Shown: positions 1 through 11,008 of the stretch, piece after piece | How positions within the stretch are numbered: the stretch's first letter is position 1 | How the letters are laid out: the number at the start of each line of letters is the position of its first letter | NCBI GenBank assembly: GCA_949358305.1 | Contig: OX442314.1 | Location: 29,946,001-30,010,000, forward strand | From: Strigamia acuminata | Taxonomy: Eukaryota | DNA length: 64,000 nt | Direction: 5' to 3' | Position numbers and translations under genes: made by a program | Notes under the pieces: generated by a model | What the model saw: the letters and a program-made list of their open reading frames with translations, nothing else | Databases searched by the model: none | Told to the model about the DNA's origin: nothing

Positions 1-2
1 CG

Positions 3-3000
3 GCAACCGAGCGTAAAGAATTCGTCAAAAAGGAAGGTCGCTGCTTCAAATGCTTAAAAAAGGGACATTCGTCTCGAAACTGCACCTACCGTGTGACATG
101 TAAACTGTGTCAACGCCATCACAACCAACTCGTGTGCGAAGGACCATCTGAGACACCAAAAGAAAAAGTCACTCTGCTCGTATCAACCAACGAAAATCTC
201 GCTGCGTACGCTCAACCTCCGACCACAACATTGGCAACAATATTCGTAAAAATTCAAAACGAATCTCGTGAGTCCACCGTGCAATGTTTGATCGATCCCG
301 GAAGCCAAAGTTCCTTCGTACTGGCTAGTTTGGCAAAAGACATGCATTTAAAGCCGAATGGAGAGGAACATTTAAGCGTGCACACTTTTGGAAATCAGAC
401 ACCATTGAACACTAAAGGAAATCGATTTGAACTCAAATTGTGCAATGTTGGCGACAAAAATCGATCGCTCTGCGTTAATGCGCTTGAAACGCCATGGATT
501 ACAAAACCCATTTGTACCAAATTGCAGGCTGGCTTACGAGCCGCCCTCGAACGCGATCAAATCGTGATTGATTCTGGAAACAATACTAATTGCGATATTT
601 TTATTCTTTTAGGCGCAGACTGTATCGCGAAGATACTTACGGGATGCATACGAAAAATCGAGGAAAATTTGATCGCCATAGAGACGCTATTTGGCTGGAC
701 TTTGATGGGGTCATCAATAAATGTCACGACAATGTCCACACTAGTCACCCGCGTGTGCAGTGTGCGTCTCGAGGAGCGACTGGACGAGAGTCTGAAAAAA
801 TTCTGGGAGCTCGAATCCATCGGCATTCGCCACGAGAGTGAAGACGAAACATTGACCGATCGAAATTCCTGCGCAATTCGTTTTCGCGAACAAGTGACGA
901 GAGAAGAAGGAAGATACGTCGTCGCATTGCCGTGGTTGGTCGAACCGAGAAAACTTCACAATAATTACGAAATTGCTGAGAAACGTTTTTGGAATCTGGT
1001 AAGAAAATTTAAGAAAAATCCAGGATTCTACGCCGCCTACAAACAAATTTTCGACGATCAAATACGTGATGGAATAATCGAAGAAGTTAATGAACCGCAA
1101 CATGAAAATTCGTACTACATGCCACACCGAGCCGTTATTAAAGAAGATCGCGTCACGACAAAGATTCGGATCGTTTTCGATGCCTCAGCTAAAGGAAAAA
1201 ATGAACTTTCACTGAACGATTGCCTGGACAGCGGTCCTAATTTGCTGCCAGAAATACTTATATTGCTGATTTTGTTTCGAAAAGAACCATTTGCTTATCT
1301 TTCGGACATAGAAAAGGCGTTTTTACAGCTATTGCTGAGAATGGCAGATCGGGATTTCGTTCGTTTCCTTTGGACACCGGAAGAATGGGACGGTCGGCAG
1401 TTTGTGAAGCCCAGAGTTATGCGCCAGAAAAGAGTAGTATTCGGAGTCAAATCAAGTCCCTACCTTTTAAACGACTCAATTCAACTACATCTCGACAACA
1501 TGCGTGAAAAATATGAAGAAACAGTTGCTCAAATCAAAGATAAATTTTACGTCGACGACTTGCTCGGTTGCGCCAAATCCGAAGGGGAGGTGGAAAAAAT
1601 ATTCCACGAAGCTCGCAAATTGATGATGGAAGCGCACATGCCCCTACGCAAATGGCAATCGAACTCACAAAGCTTGCGAGAACTTTTTGCGAGAGAAATT
1701 CCGTCGGACGCAAATCTGGTCGACGCCGACAAACACTCGACGTCCGTGTTGGGACTGATCTGGAACTTTATAACCGACCACCTCCTGCTCGAAATAGGCG
1801 AATGGGCTGACGCACAAGATCAACTCAAGGAATCAAAACGTTTGATCGTTCAGTCCGTGGCAAGGATTTACGATCCATTAGGATTTGCGACACCATTCGT
1901 AATTGTCGGCAAACTGATGTTCCAGGAATTATGGACTCGAAATATAGGTTGGGATTCGCCATTACCCCCCGACATTTCAAAACAATGGTCAAGTTGGCGA
2001 CAACAAGTCGTATTGCTAAGAAAAATTGCCGTTCCTCGACATTACAGCGCTGGACAACAATCAAATCCAGATCGTGAATTGCATTTGTTTTGCGACGCAA
2101 GCCCCAAAGCATATGGAGTCGTGGTCTACATTCGAACAAAAAATGAAACATCCGTAGAAGTCACACTCTGTATGTCGAAGTCGCGCGTTGCACCACTGAA
2201 GTCTTTAACGCTGCCCAAACTCGAATTGATGGGCGCATTGCTGCTGTCGCGAGTTGCCGTGAAACTCAAGAAGTTAGAAATTCAGCGTGTTTTCTACTGG
2301 ACCGATTCGTCCATTACATATTTCTGGATTCGCGAGCAACAGAAGAAGTCAAATCCATTCGTCTCGAACCGAGTCCGCGAAATCCGCACGAACACCGAGG
2401 TCGCCTGTTGGCGTCATTGCCCGGGGAAGGTCAATCCAGCGGATAAGTTAACCCGAGGAATGGAGGCCGACAAATTGGTTCAAGACATCGAATGGTGGAG
2501 CGGCCCTGAGTGGCTGAAAAAGGACGAGACACATTGGCCACAAAAATTCGACGAAGAAACAGAGTCCAACTTTGAAGAAGAAATTGAAGAAATAGATACT
2601 CGCGTAAATGTGACTCGATCAAGTGAAGAGGCGATTTTCGATATTGAAAAGTACAGCAGTTGGACCAAAGTCAAACGAATCACCGCCTGGATTTTGAGAT
2701 TTTGCCACAATTCAAGAAAAATCGAAACAGTCATCGGACCGTTAAAGACGGAAGAGTTAGAAACAGCCGAAATTTATTGGTTGCGCAGTATACAAAAACA
2801 GAGATTTTCGGAGGAAATATATAGCTTGAAAAATTCAACGAAACTGAAAAGCGATTCACCCCTAGCAAGCGTAGCCGTAGTTCTCGACCAGAATGAAATT
2901 ATACGAATCGACTCGAGAATACGTTTTAACACGGGAATAGAAAATTTTGTGAGCCCCATCGTTTTGGATTCAAATTCACCGGCTGTAAAATTAATAGTCG

Positions 3001-4103
3001 AAGATTGTCATCATAGAACTTTACATGGAGGACTAGGCAACACTCTGTCAGAATTTAGAGCGAAATACTGGGTTAAAAAAGGAAGAAAATTCATCAAGAC
3101 ATTGATTTCCCGATGCGTGACTTGTCGAAGAGTGAACGCAAAATTGATGACTCAAACGGTCGGTCTGCTACCTGCGGACAGAGTGAATCGTGCGGAGCCA
3201 TTTCAAATTATTGGCATAGACTTCGCCGGACCACTATACACTAAAAACGGAAAAAAGACTTACATCGCTCTGTTCACTTGTGCCGTGGTGCGAGCTGTTC
3301 ATTTAGAACTTGTATCTGATCTCACTACGGAGAAATTCATTCTCGCATTTAAACGACTTATTGCAAGAAGAGGAGTCCCTGGCATTGTCTACTCAGACAA
3401 TGCTAAAACCTTTAAGCGAGCCGAAAAAGACTTGTCTTTATTCATCAACAGCTTCTCGCACGAGCTGTTCCAGGGGTTCTTGTCAAAGCAAAAAATACAG
3501 TGGAAATTTATCGTCGAATTGGCTCCGTGGTGGGGCGGATTTTGGGAGCGACTGGTCAAAACTGTTAAACTGAGCTTAAAAAAAGTCCTTGCTCGATCAT
3601 CGTTGGACTTTGAAGAACTGTCGACCGTTTTGACAGAGGTCGAAGCTGCGGTTAATTCGAGACCAATCACTTACGTTACGGACGATCCGTTGGAGCAAGA
3701 ACCGCTGACGCCTTCTCATTTTTTGACCGGAGGACGTCTCATCACGCTTCCAGACGTCTACAGTCCAGAAAGTCGTGTCGACAATTCATTTCGACCCGAG
3801 CTCGTGAAGCGATGGAAGCTGCGTCAACGTTTGATTAATTTGCTTTGGCGTCGTTGGACGCACGAGTACCTTGTCGAGCTTCGTGAATTCCGTCGTGTAC
3901 GAACCTCAAAAGAAGTTCAAATTGGGGATTTGGTTCTCATTCAAGAACAAGGTCAGCCTCGAATGTCATGGAAAATGGCAAGAGTTTCAAATACCTTTAT
4001 CGGACGGGACGAAAAAATACGCTCTTGTGAATTGACTTTGCCCGAAGGAAAAACTTTGAGACGCCCAGTACAAAGACTGTGTTCTTTAGAGGCTTCAGAC
4101 TAA
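3..4103 (+). CDS. BEL/Pao retrotransposon gag-pol polyprotein, 5'-partial (Zn knuckles, aspartic protease, RT, RNase H, integrase)
   Basis: Frame open from window start: CFKCLKKGHSSRNC/CKLCQRHHNQLVC knuckles, LIDPGSQ protease, FWELESIG, RIVFDAS, DIEKAF, FYVDD, IYDPLG, LHLFCDAS, integrase H-H-C-C plus GIDFAGP/SDNA/WWGGFWERLV, C-terminal RRPVQRLCSLE typical of BEL/Pao; no internal stops. Confidence 0.96.
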   Translation, partial: ATERKEFVKKEGRCFKCLKKGHSSRNCTYRVTCKLCQRHHNQLVCEGPSETPKEKVTLLVSTNENLAAYAQPPTTTLATIFVKIQNESRESTVQCLIDPGSQSSFVLASLAKDMHLKPNGEEHLSVHTFGNQTPLNTKGNRFELKLCNVGDKNRSLCVNALETPWITKPICTKLQAGLRAALERDQIVIDSGNNTNCDIFILLGADCIAKILTGCIRKIEENLIAIETLFGWTLMGSSINVTTMSTLVTRVCSVRLEERLDESLKKFWELESIGIRHESEDETLTDRNSCAIRFREQVTREEGRYVVALPWLVEPRKLHNNYEIAEKRFWNLVRKFKKNPGFYAAYKQIFDDQIRDGIIEEVNEPQHENSYYMPHRAVIKEDRVTTKIRIVFDASAKGKNELSLNDCLDSGPNLLPEILILLILFRKEPFAYLSDIEKAFLQLLLRMADRDFVRFLWTPEEWDGRQFVKPRVMRQKRVVFGVKSSPYLLNDSIQLHLDNMREKYEETVAQIKDKFYVDDLLGCAKSEGEVEKIFHEARKLMMEAHMPLRKWQSNSQSLRELFAREIPSDANLVDADKHSTSVLGLIWNFITDHLLLEIGEWADAQDQLKESKRLIVQSVARIYDPLGFATPFVIVGKLMFQELWTRNIGWDSPLPPDISKQWSSWRQQVVLLRKIAVPRHYSAGQQSNPDRELHLFCDASPKAYGVVVYIRTKNETSVEVTLCMSKSRVAPLKSLTLPKLELMGALLLSRVAVKLKKLEIQRVFYWTDSSITYFWIREQQKKSNPFVSNRVREIRTNTEVACWRHCPGKVNPADKLTRGMEADKLVQDIEWWSGPEWLKKDETHWPQKFDEETESNFEEEIEEIDTRVNVTRSSEEAIFDIEKYSSWTKVKRITAWILRFCHNSRKIETVIGPLKTEELETAEIYWLRSIQKQRFSEEIYSLKNSTKLKSDSPLASVAVVLDQNEIIRIDSRIRFNTGIENFVSPIVLDSNSPAVKLIVEDCHHRTLHGGLGNTLSEFRAKYWVKKGRKFIKTLISRCVTCRRVNAKLMTQTVGLLPADRVNRAEPFQIIGIDFAGPLYTKNGKKTYIALFTCAVVRAVHLELVSDLTTEKFILAFKRLIARRGVPGIVYSDNAKTFKRAEKDLSLFINSFSHELFQGFLSKQKIQWKFIVELAPWWGGFWERLVKTVKLSLKKVLARSSLDFEELSTVLTEVEAAVNSRPITYVTDDPLEQEPLTPSHFLTGGRLITLPDVYSPESRVDNSFRPELVKRWKLRQRLINLLWRRWTHEYLVELREFRRVRTSKEVQIGDLVLIQEQGQPRMSWKMARVSNTFIGRDEKIRSCELTLPEGKTLRRPVQRLCSLEASD

Positions 4104-4123
4104 TTGAATTCCCCCCCCCCCAA

Positions 4124-4498
4124 TGTAAAATCTAGACTGATTTAATTTGTTTTTAATGTTTATTCATGTATTTGATTTTAGTAATTTTGTCTTAGTTTAA
4201 TTATCGATTGAATTTAGTGATTGATTTGTGTTTATTACAATTAAGTGTTTTGTGTTTTGTTTTGTGTTTTGTGTTCTTTTTCATTCATTGTGCCTTATTG
4301 TGTATTATCGTGTTTAATTGTGTTTCATCATGGTTTTTGCTGACTTTTCAGTTGTGTTATTGCATTAAATTGTCTGTGTTCTTTTTGTGTTATATAAATC
4401 GCTCGAGGGTCTTTTCGAGAGCCCTCTTTTATGTAAATTGGGTATCTTTCGGCCCTTGTTGACCGGATGTAGACCCCGTTTTTTCTATGTAACCTACA
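4124..4498 (+). mobile_element. 3' LTR of the BEL/Pao element
   Basis: Begins TGTA 21 nt after the pol stop and ends TACA (inverted termini); internal TATATAAA; the second LTR is outside the window so the boundaries are not confirmed. Confidence 0.6.
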
Positions 4499-4679
4499 TT
4501 CCACCCTCAACTCGCTGACCACGCGTCACTTGTGAAAAAGAATGTCATTTTTCAACTCAAGTAAAATTAAAAGTTGTTAAGTTTTATTTCGACCGTCGCT
4601 TTTGCTGTTTTACAATTCATCACCCATCGTGAAGTTCATTTACAATTCGTAAAACGACTTAGCTACTATTGCATTAAAT

Positions 4680-5744
4680 ATGCATAAACTAGCCCAAGCA
4701 GGAAAGAATTCCACACCTGCAACACCCCAAACTATAAGTTTGAAACCCCCCGATATACCTGTATTTTCGGGTAAAACTGAAGAAAGCGAGCGCTTCCTCA
4801 GTATAATTCGAAACGTTGCGTTTCTGCGAAATATTTCACTCGATGAAATGCTAGTAAAAGGCGTGGCTGGTTACTTAACCGACCTCGCATATAGTTAATT
4901 TCAAGAGAGACGAGACGACTTTTATAATTGGGACACGTTTGAAAAAGCGTTTAGAGGAAGGTTTGTTGCCACATGCTTGGAACGAACAACCCAATTAACA
5001 AAGTTGAGACAACTCGACTCAGAGAACTTGTATGATTATACACATAAGTTTTACCAACTTTGGTTATTACAAGATAACCTTAACTCTCAGGGAGCTGCGA
5101 GTATATTCTTGGGAAGCATTACTCCCGCTAACGATCTTCTCTTGCACACGCAAGGTTTAGACGAACTCCCTTTCCTGGACATTTATAATGCCATTACGAA
5201 GAAGAAAGGACTGTACAGCCGTACAGCCAATGGGGTGAGAGTAATCGATCCAGTCGTTTTCCCACCTAGGAAACCGGACACTCGTTCGCAACCTAAAAAT
5301 AACGCCAAGTCCCTGACTTTGGAATCGGATGAACAGATTAATTTCTGTACAGATGAGTTGCCCGAAGAATGTGAACTAATTTACGCAGTAAATGGTGTAG
5401 TAGACCCCAACAGAAGGGGACAAATGGTTTGCTTTAATTGTAAGAAACCCGGACATTTCCGACGAGAGTGTCCAGATTTAAAACCTCGTTCGAATTTTAA
5501 GTCTGAAGACATTCAGAAGCGAAATACCCCAGATAATCCAACTTTGGATCCCTCTGCTAAGCGTAAACCTAATTGGGTAACCCAAGAAGTGTTGGATGCG
5601 ACACTAGATGTGAAACTTCATTCCAAATTTAACAATTTTGAGAATAAACTGCAGTCGACGCTCACTAATCAATTAGCTGAGATAGTCAAACAATTGGCTA
5701 AACCTGAATCTAACGATTCGACTGATTCTAGTGCAAAAAACTAG
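4680..5744 (+). CDS. Gypsy Gag with one in-frame TAA (4896-4898)
   Basis: ORFs 4680-4898 and 4977-5744 share a frame; PVFSG...AYS*FQ...WDTFEKAFRGRF capsid motifs; CFNCKKPGHFRREC zinc knuckle. Confidence 0.88.
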
Positions 5745-5775
5745 ATCCGGGGGATGAAGGACTCATTCAGCCCCC
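5735..5775 (+). promoter_or_regulatory. Putative -1 ribosomal frameshift signal (A AAA AAC plus hairpin)
   Basis: Heptamer directly before the gag TAG; downstream GGGGG-A-TGAA...TTCA-G-CCCCC stem; the -1 frame is open to the pol ATG. Confidence 0.8.
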
Positions 5776-5791
5776 AGAAATAGCTGATGCT

Positions 5792-8700
5792 ATGTCGGAC
5801 TCGTTGTTTATGGACGTGGAAACTACGTTTCTAGAAGAAGCCACTAGTCATAGCGGTGGAGTAGATGAAAATCTACAAAAGATGACGGAGCAATTCAAGA
5901 GCTTGACATTGTTTCCACATAAATGTTACACGAAGAAATTTTGTAGACCTAGACGACTCAACAGAGTCATCGGGAGCAATAATTTGCACAATATTACTTT
6001 GGGTAATAATAAAGACGATCCTCGAATGAAAGTCACAATTGGTGGGCTCACCTACAATGCGCTCATGGACACAGGAGCTTCTCAATGTTATATTGGGGAA
6101 CAGCTTTTGTCAGAAACTCAAGCTCTGCCTGATTTTTTACAAGAAGCACCCAGAAACATGTTGGTTAATGCTGTAGGTGTAGCGCACAAACCAGTCGGAC
6201 AAATAACTTTGTGCGTACAGTGGGCTGATGAATGCACGCCGATGAATTTCATCGTTTTAGCCAAACGAGTCTGTGGATTAATACTTGGACACAATTTCAT
6301 GCGTCGACAAAAGATTAGTACACATCCACATCTCCAGGAGTTCTCTTGTGCTGATAAACCTACTTGGTCCGCCCCTTATGTGTCAGAAGAGGATAACTTT
6401 GCAATGGCACCGCTAAATCGAATTACTTTCGAATATTTAGAAGAACTTGCGTCAGTTGCTGATTCAACTGAATTATCTGATGCACCCGTTTTAGAATGGG
6501 ATGAGAAGTTAGTCGAAGGTAGTGATTGCACTCCTGAACAGCGCCTAGCGCTTCGAGAAGTGGTCAATGCAGTATCTAATGTATTTCGTGACCAAGTTGG
6601 ATGTACGAATGTTACTCAACATCGTATTAAATTCAAAGAAGGGCATTCATTGCCCAGAATGCAGTACCGCATGTACAATCCGGCCAAGAGAGCCATTATG
6701 TCCAAATTAGTTGCTGAACTAGAACAAGATGGACTAATTGAAAAGGCCACTGGGCCATTCATTAGCCATCCTGTAATTGTTGCGAAACCTGATGGTACGT
6801 ACAGAATGTGTATCGACTACAGGTGGTTGAATGCAATCACCGAATTAGATGTGATTCAGATGCCTAGTATAGATCTGCTCTTGCATAATACTGGACCAGG
6901 AAGGTATTTCACATCCATTGACCTTGTCAAAGGTTATTACCAAGTCGAGATGTGTAAAGAAGATCGTCCAAAGACGGCTTTTTATACGCCAAATGGCCCT
7001 TATCAATTTGTGCGAATGCCATTTGGACTTTGTAATGCTCCTTGCACTTTCCAACGATTGATGGAAGGCGTTTTAGGCTCAGCATTGCAAAACTACGCGT
7101 TAGTTTATTTAGACGACGTAATTGTCTATTCGAATACTTGGGATGAACATCTCATTCATGTCCGAGACGTGTTGGAAAAGCTTAATAAAGCTAATATGAC
7201 GATCAATAAAGCGAAATCTCGTTTTGGAAGAACAGAACTCAAGTTCTTAGGACATTGGATTAAACCTGACGGTTTATATGGAGATCCCGATAAAATTTCT
7301 GCAATTATGAAATTTCCGACTCCGACATGTGCTAAAGACATTCAACGGTTTCATGGAATGACAAACTTCTTCAGGAAGTTCGTTCCTAATCACGGAGCTA
7401 TTGCTGCGCCATACACATGTATGATGAATGAGAAAACTCCATTTGAATGGGGAGATGCTCAAACTGAAGCTTTTAATAAAATTAAAGCGCTGCTTTGTAA
7501 CGACAATTGTCTGCACAAACCAGACATGTCCAAACCTTTCGTAGTCATGACTGACGCATCCCACGAAGGCTTAGGAGCTGTCATCTGCCAAGATGTTGAT
7601 CTTTTGGATAAAGACAAGAAGAAAACTGGCACGGCAGCCAGACCTGTAGCTTACGCAAGCAGAGTATTGAGAGGAGCGGAGAAGCGTTATACAACGCCAG
7701 AACTCGAATGTCTCGCAGTCGTGTGGGCTATTGATCGTTTTAAACCGTATTTAGAATATGGTACTTTTACACTCGAGTCAGATGCTGAAGCATTAAAATG
7801 GCTTATGCGAACGCCTGAACCATCTGGAAAATTTGGCCGATGGGCTTTAAGAATCCAATGTGGCGCTTTCAAGATTGTATTTCGAAAGGGTGCTTGTAAC
7901 CAAGTTGCAGACGCACTCTCGAGGGCTCCATTAGGAGAGGAAGACATTCCTCTTCGTGATCATGTGGAACCAATCGAAATAAATCAGTATTGGCCAGAAT
8001 GGGATGGCAATCCTTCGATTTCTTTAAATCGTGCTCCAGGAAAGTCAGAATATTTAGCAAATGTTCGTGTCCTTTTTTCAGAAAATTCTAAAGAATATTC
8101 TGAAGAAAGGGAGGGGGAGGAGATACAAGAAACTTTGTATAGTGCTCTCACAGATGTGATAAAAGAAGTCCCACCTACAAGAAGGGAAATAATTGATGCG
8201 CAGTTAGTCGACACTGAATGTAAACGCATTCGAGAGTATCTTTTATTCGACAGAATTGTTGGAATTCCGAAATCGGAAATAAAAGAATGGAAAAACAAAG
8301 TTAGAAACTACTGTTTAGACAAAAAGGAAGATGATGGCGATCAAATGATCATTTTCTTTAATCCTTCATTTGAAGAAGAACTCAACGACTCTGGTAACGG
8401 CTTCAAAGCGGTTGTTCCCAGTTCACTCATAAAGCGAGTGCTTTTCGCCTGTCATGGTCACCCTTTGAGCGGCCACGCAGGCATGAGTAAAACTCTCGAG
8501 AAAACTCGATTGATTTATTATTGGCCAGGAATGAGCCGAAGCGTAAGAAATTACGTTAAAAGCTGCCCGCATTGTAGTCAATACAAACCGGATCAGCAGA
8601 AAAAGCGTGCAGGTCCTTACGTACCTCATAACATGACCAACCCTTGGGAACATATTAATATGGACTTAATGGGGCCAAAACCAGCTGGGAGATCCCAAAA

Positions 8701-9907
8701 CCAGTACGTCTTCGTCATAATTGACAACTGTACTAAATTTGTAGAGATTAAAGCTTTAACCAAAGCCACGAGCGCTAATTGCGTTCAAGAATTAAGATCT
8801 GTTGCGAATCGTTGGGGTCACCCAAAGAAGATTGTTAGTGATAATGGGAAACAATTCGTTTCAGATATTTATAATGAATATTGCGAAACTTATCATATCC
8901 GACCGGCTCATACGAGCACTTATCATGCTCAGGCTAACCCGACAGAGAGAGCCAACAGGGACATTAAGATTTTATTGGCAATTTACACGGATGTGCACAC
9001 CCAATGGCCGCGATATTTAGACGAATTTGCATTTGTAATTCGTAATAATAAATCGGCTGCAACAAATTCGACACCGATGTTGCTTAATACGGGGAGAATT
9101 GTTACCTTACCTTTCGATCCGAGAATTCTCAGGCATGCCAATCCATTTGACAAGCGTAACCCTGAGAAGTATGTTCGAGAATTACTCGACATACTACGTA
9201 GAGCGCATCAAGAGATGCACAGAAGAATTCAATTGAATTACGAAAGACATCGTAAGATTCACGAACAAAAGTTCACAATTGTTGAATTCGAAGTTGGAGA
9301 TTTAGTTTGGAAACAAACCCACATTCTCTCGTGCGCAGATAAAAAGATCTCCGCAGGTCTTGCTGAGAAGCGGGACGGCCCTTGGGAGATTGTCGAAATT
9401 CTTCCAGGTAGCGCGTATAAATTACGCAAACTTGCTGATGGTTCAATAGAAAAATCAGTGAACATTAAGGCTTTATATCCTTATATGCCGTTATATCCAA
9501 TTGAAACTTGGAAAATAGGGCAGAAAACTGCTTCAAATACAGATCAGGAAAATCCTAAATGGATGGACGAAAGTAATGAACTTCCGTCACCACCTGTTCA
9601 AGAGGAAATAATTCCTGAAACTCCTACGGAAGTTCCGATGGAATTATCCGACTCGCCACAAGTACAGACCAAAAAATCTGTACAAGAAAAGTCTAAACAT
9701 AGACATCGACAGCGATTAATTGCTGTAGAAAAGAAAGCAGCAGTGGAACGAGGAGAACCTCTAAAGAAACCTCCTCGCAAACCCCAGAAACTAGTTGAAC
9801 GAACTAGCACGCGTCCTCGAAGAGAACGAGTTCCAAATCCGAAATATTCAGATGAAAATTTTGTGCGAAATATTACGGCAGTATTTAAGAAGCCTTACCA
9901 ACAATGA
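5792..9907 (+). CDS. Gypsy Pol (protease, RT, RNase H, integrase), -1 frame relative to gag
   Basis: LMDTGA, MCIDYR, MPFGLCNAP, VYLDD, TDAS, VADALSR, H-H-C-C, SDNGKQF, ERAN, GPW; uninterrupted 1371 aa. Confidence 0.97.
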   Translation: MSDSLFMDVETTFLEEATSHSGGVDENLQKMTEQFKSLTLFPHKCYTKKFCRPRRLNRVIGSNNLHNITLGNNKDDPRMKVTIGGLTYNALMDTGASQCYIGEQLLSETQALPDFLQEAPRNMLVNAVGVAHKPVGQITLCVQWADECTPMNFIVLAKRVCGLILGHNFMRRQKISTHPHLQEFSCADKPTWSAPYVSEEDNFAMAPLNRITFEYLEELASVADSTELSDAPVLEWDEKLVEGSDCTPEQRLALREVVNAVSNVFRDQVGCTNVTQHRIKFKEGHSLPRMQYRMYNPAKRAIMSKLVAELEQDGLIEKATGPFISHPVIVAKPDGTYRMCIDYRWLNAITELDVIQMPSIDLLLHNTGPGRYFTSIDLVKGYYQVEMCKEDRPKTAFYTPNGPYQFVRMPFGLCNAPCTFQRLMEGVLGSALQNYALVYLDDVIVYSNTWDEHLIHVRDVLEKLNKANMTINKAKSRFGRTELKFLGHWIKPDGLYGDPDKISAIMKFPTPTCAKDIQRFHGMTNFFRKFVPNHGAIAAPYTCMMNEKTPFEWGDAQTEAFNKIKALLCNDNCLHKPDMSKPFVVMTDASHEGLGAVICQDVDLLDKDKKKTGTAARPVAYASRVLRGAEKRYTTPELECLAVVWAIDRFKPYLEYGTFTLESDAEALKWLMRTPEPSGKFGRWALRIQCGAFKIVFRKGACNQVADALSRAPLGEEDIPLRDHVEPIEINQYWPEWDGNPSISLNRAPGKSEYLANVRVLFSENSKEYSEEREGEEIQETLYSALTDVIKEVPPTRREIIDAQLVDTECKRIREYLLFDRIVGIPKSEIKEWKNKVRNYCLDKKEDDGDQMIIFFNPSFEEELNDSGNGFKAVVPSSLIKRVLFACHGHPLSGHAGMSKTLEKTRLIYYWPGMSRSVRNYVKSCPHCSQYKPDQQKKRAGPYVPHNMTNPWEHINMDLMGPKPAGRSQNQYVFVIIDNCTKFVEIKALTKATSANCVQELRSVANRWGHPKKIVSDNGKQFVSDIYNEYCETYHIRPAHTSTYHAQANPTERANRDIKILLAIYTDVHTQWPRYLDEFAFVIRNNKSAATNSTPMLLNTGRIVTLPFDPRILRHANPFDKRNPEKYVRELLDILRRAHQEMHRRIQLNYERHRKIHEQKFTIVEFEVGDLVWKQTHILSCADKKISAGLAEKRDGPWEIVEILPGSAYKLRKLADGSIEKSVNIKALYPYMPLYPIETWKIGQKTASNTDQENPKWMDESNELPSPPVQEEIIPETPTEVPMELSDSPQVQTKKSVQEKSKHRHRQRLIAVEKKAAVERGEPLKKPPRKPQKLVERTSTRPRRERVPNPKYSDENFVRNITAVFKKPYQQ

Positions 9908-11008
9908 GATAAAAATCTCAAAGTTTACCTAGGATTTAATAAAGTTTTATTTAAAACTTGATGTGTGCTTATTTACATGTCTAAATTCGTGTAGAGATTT
10001 ATAATCTCAACACCGGGGGACATAATAAATACACATTTTCGTCAGATTTATATTAAAATATAAATTTGTATCGGAATTAATTAGTTTCGATAAATTATCT
10101 CTTTGATTGACTTTATTTGAGATATGCAGGTATTTTTTTATTATTAAAAAATACGAAGATTTACTTGAAACAAGTGATCTCGTCTTCTCACGAAGACACG
10201 TGATTATCGAAGTGCGATTAAACCTCGAACCCGATTAAAAGGGGATAAAAATCCCAGGGTTCATTGCACACACACACTTCAACACGTGGACACCGGTCTA
10301 CTCGTCTCTACCTTTTCTTCGCACGTCGAGAAAGATTTAAACGAACGGACTTATCCATTAAGTGAGAGTTTGCGGAAATTTAGGAATTCCTAAAACAATA
10401 ATTACGTAAGTAAATCTTGAATTCTTTTTCAAAGAGTTGTAAAATGTTCGTAACACTTGTATACGGCGTCCCGATAAAAGTTTTGATTAAAACTGGGAAA
10501 ATTCACGTGTAGTTATAAACGTGACTTAGCTAATTTAGCGGGGAAATTAATTATTCTATCGAATGAATTAGATGGCTTGAATTTAAACAAGTATTTGTTA
10601 ACTTAAGCGTAGTAGCACTAATTTAAATTAAGTCGCGGTCGAGGCTTGGGTAATTTTTTTATTCGTAATAAATTCCCAACCGAAGTTTATTCGGTAGTTT
10701 ATTCTCACTCACACGTGGAATGGAATAATTAATTATTCAGAACTAGAGTTTCTATAGAAAAGTTAGCTAAAAGAATTTTCGAGAGAAAACTCAACAAGTT
10801 GCGATTTTGAAAAATCCTTCGGGCGAGTCTATTCTCTTGTCGTAAACACAAGGGGACATGAGTCATTAAGTGCCATGTGATACAAGTTATAAATAACTCG
10901 GTTTACACGAAGTTGTTACGAACGTATTTTTTGCAATTTTTTGAATACAAAGAATTTTGGTAGTTTGGAAGCGAAAATTGTTTTAATAAATAATTTACTT
11001 TATTTAGA

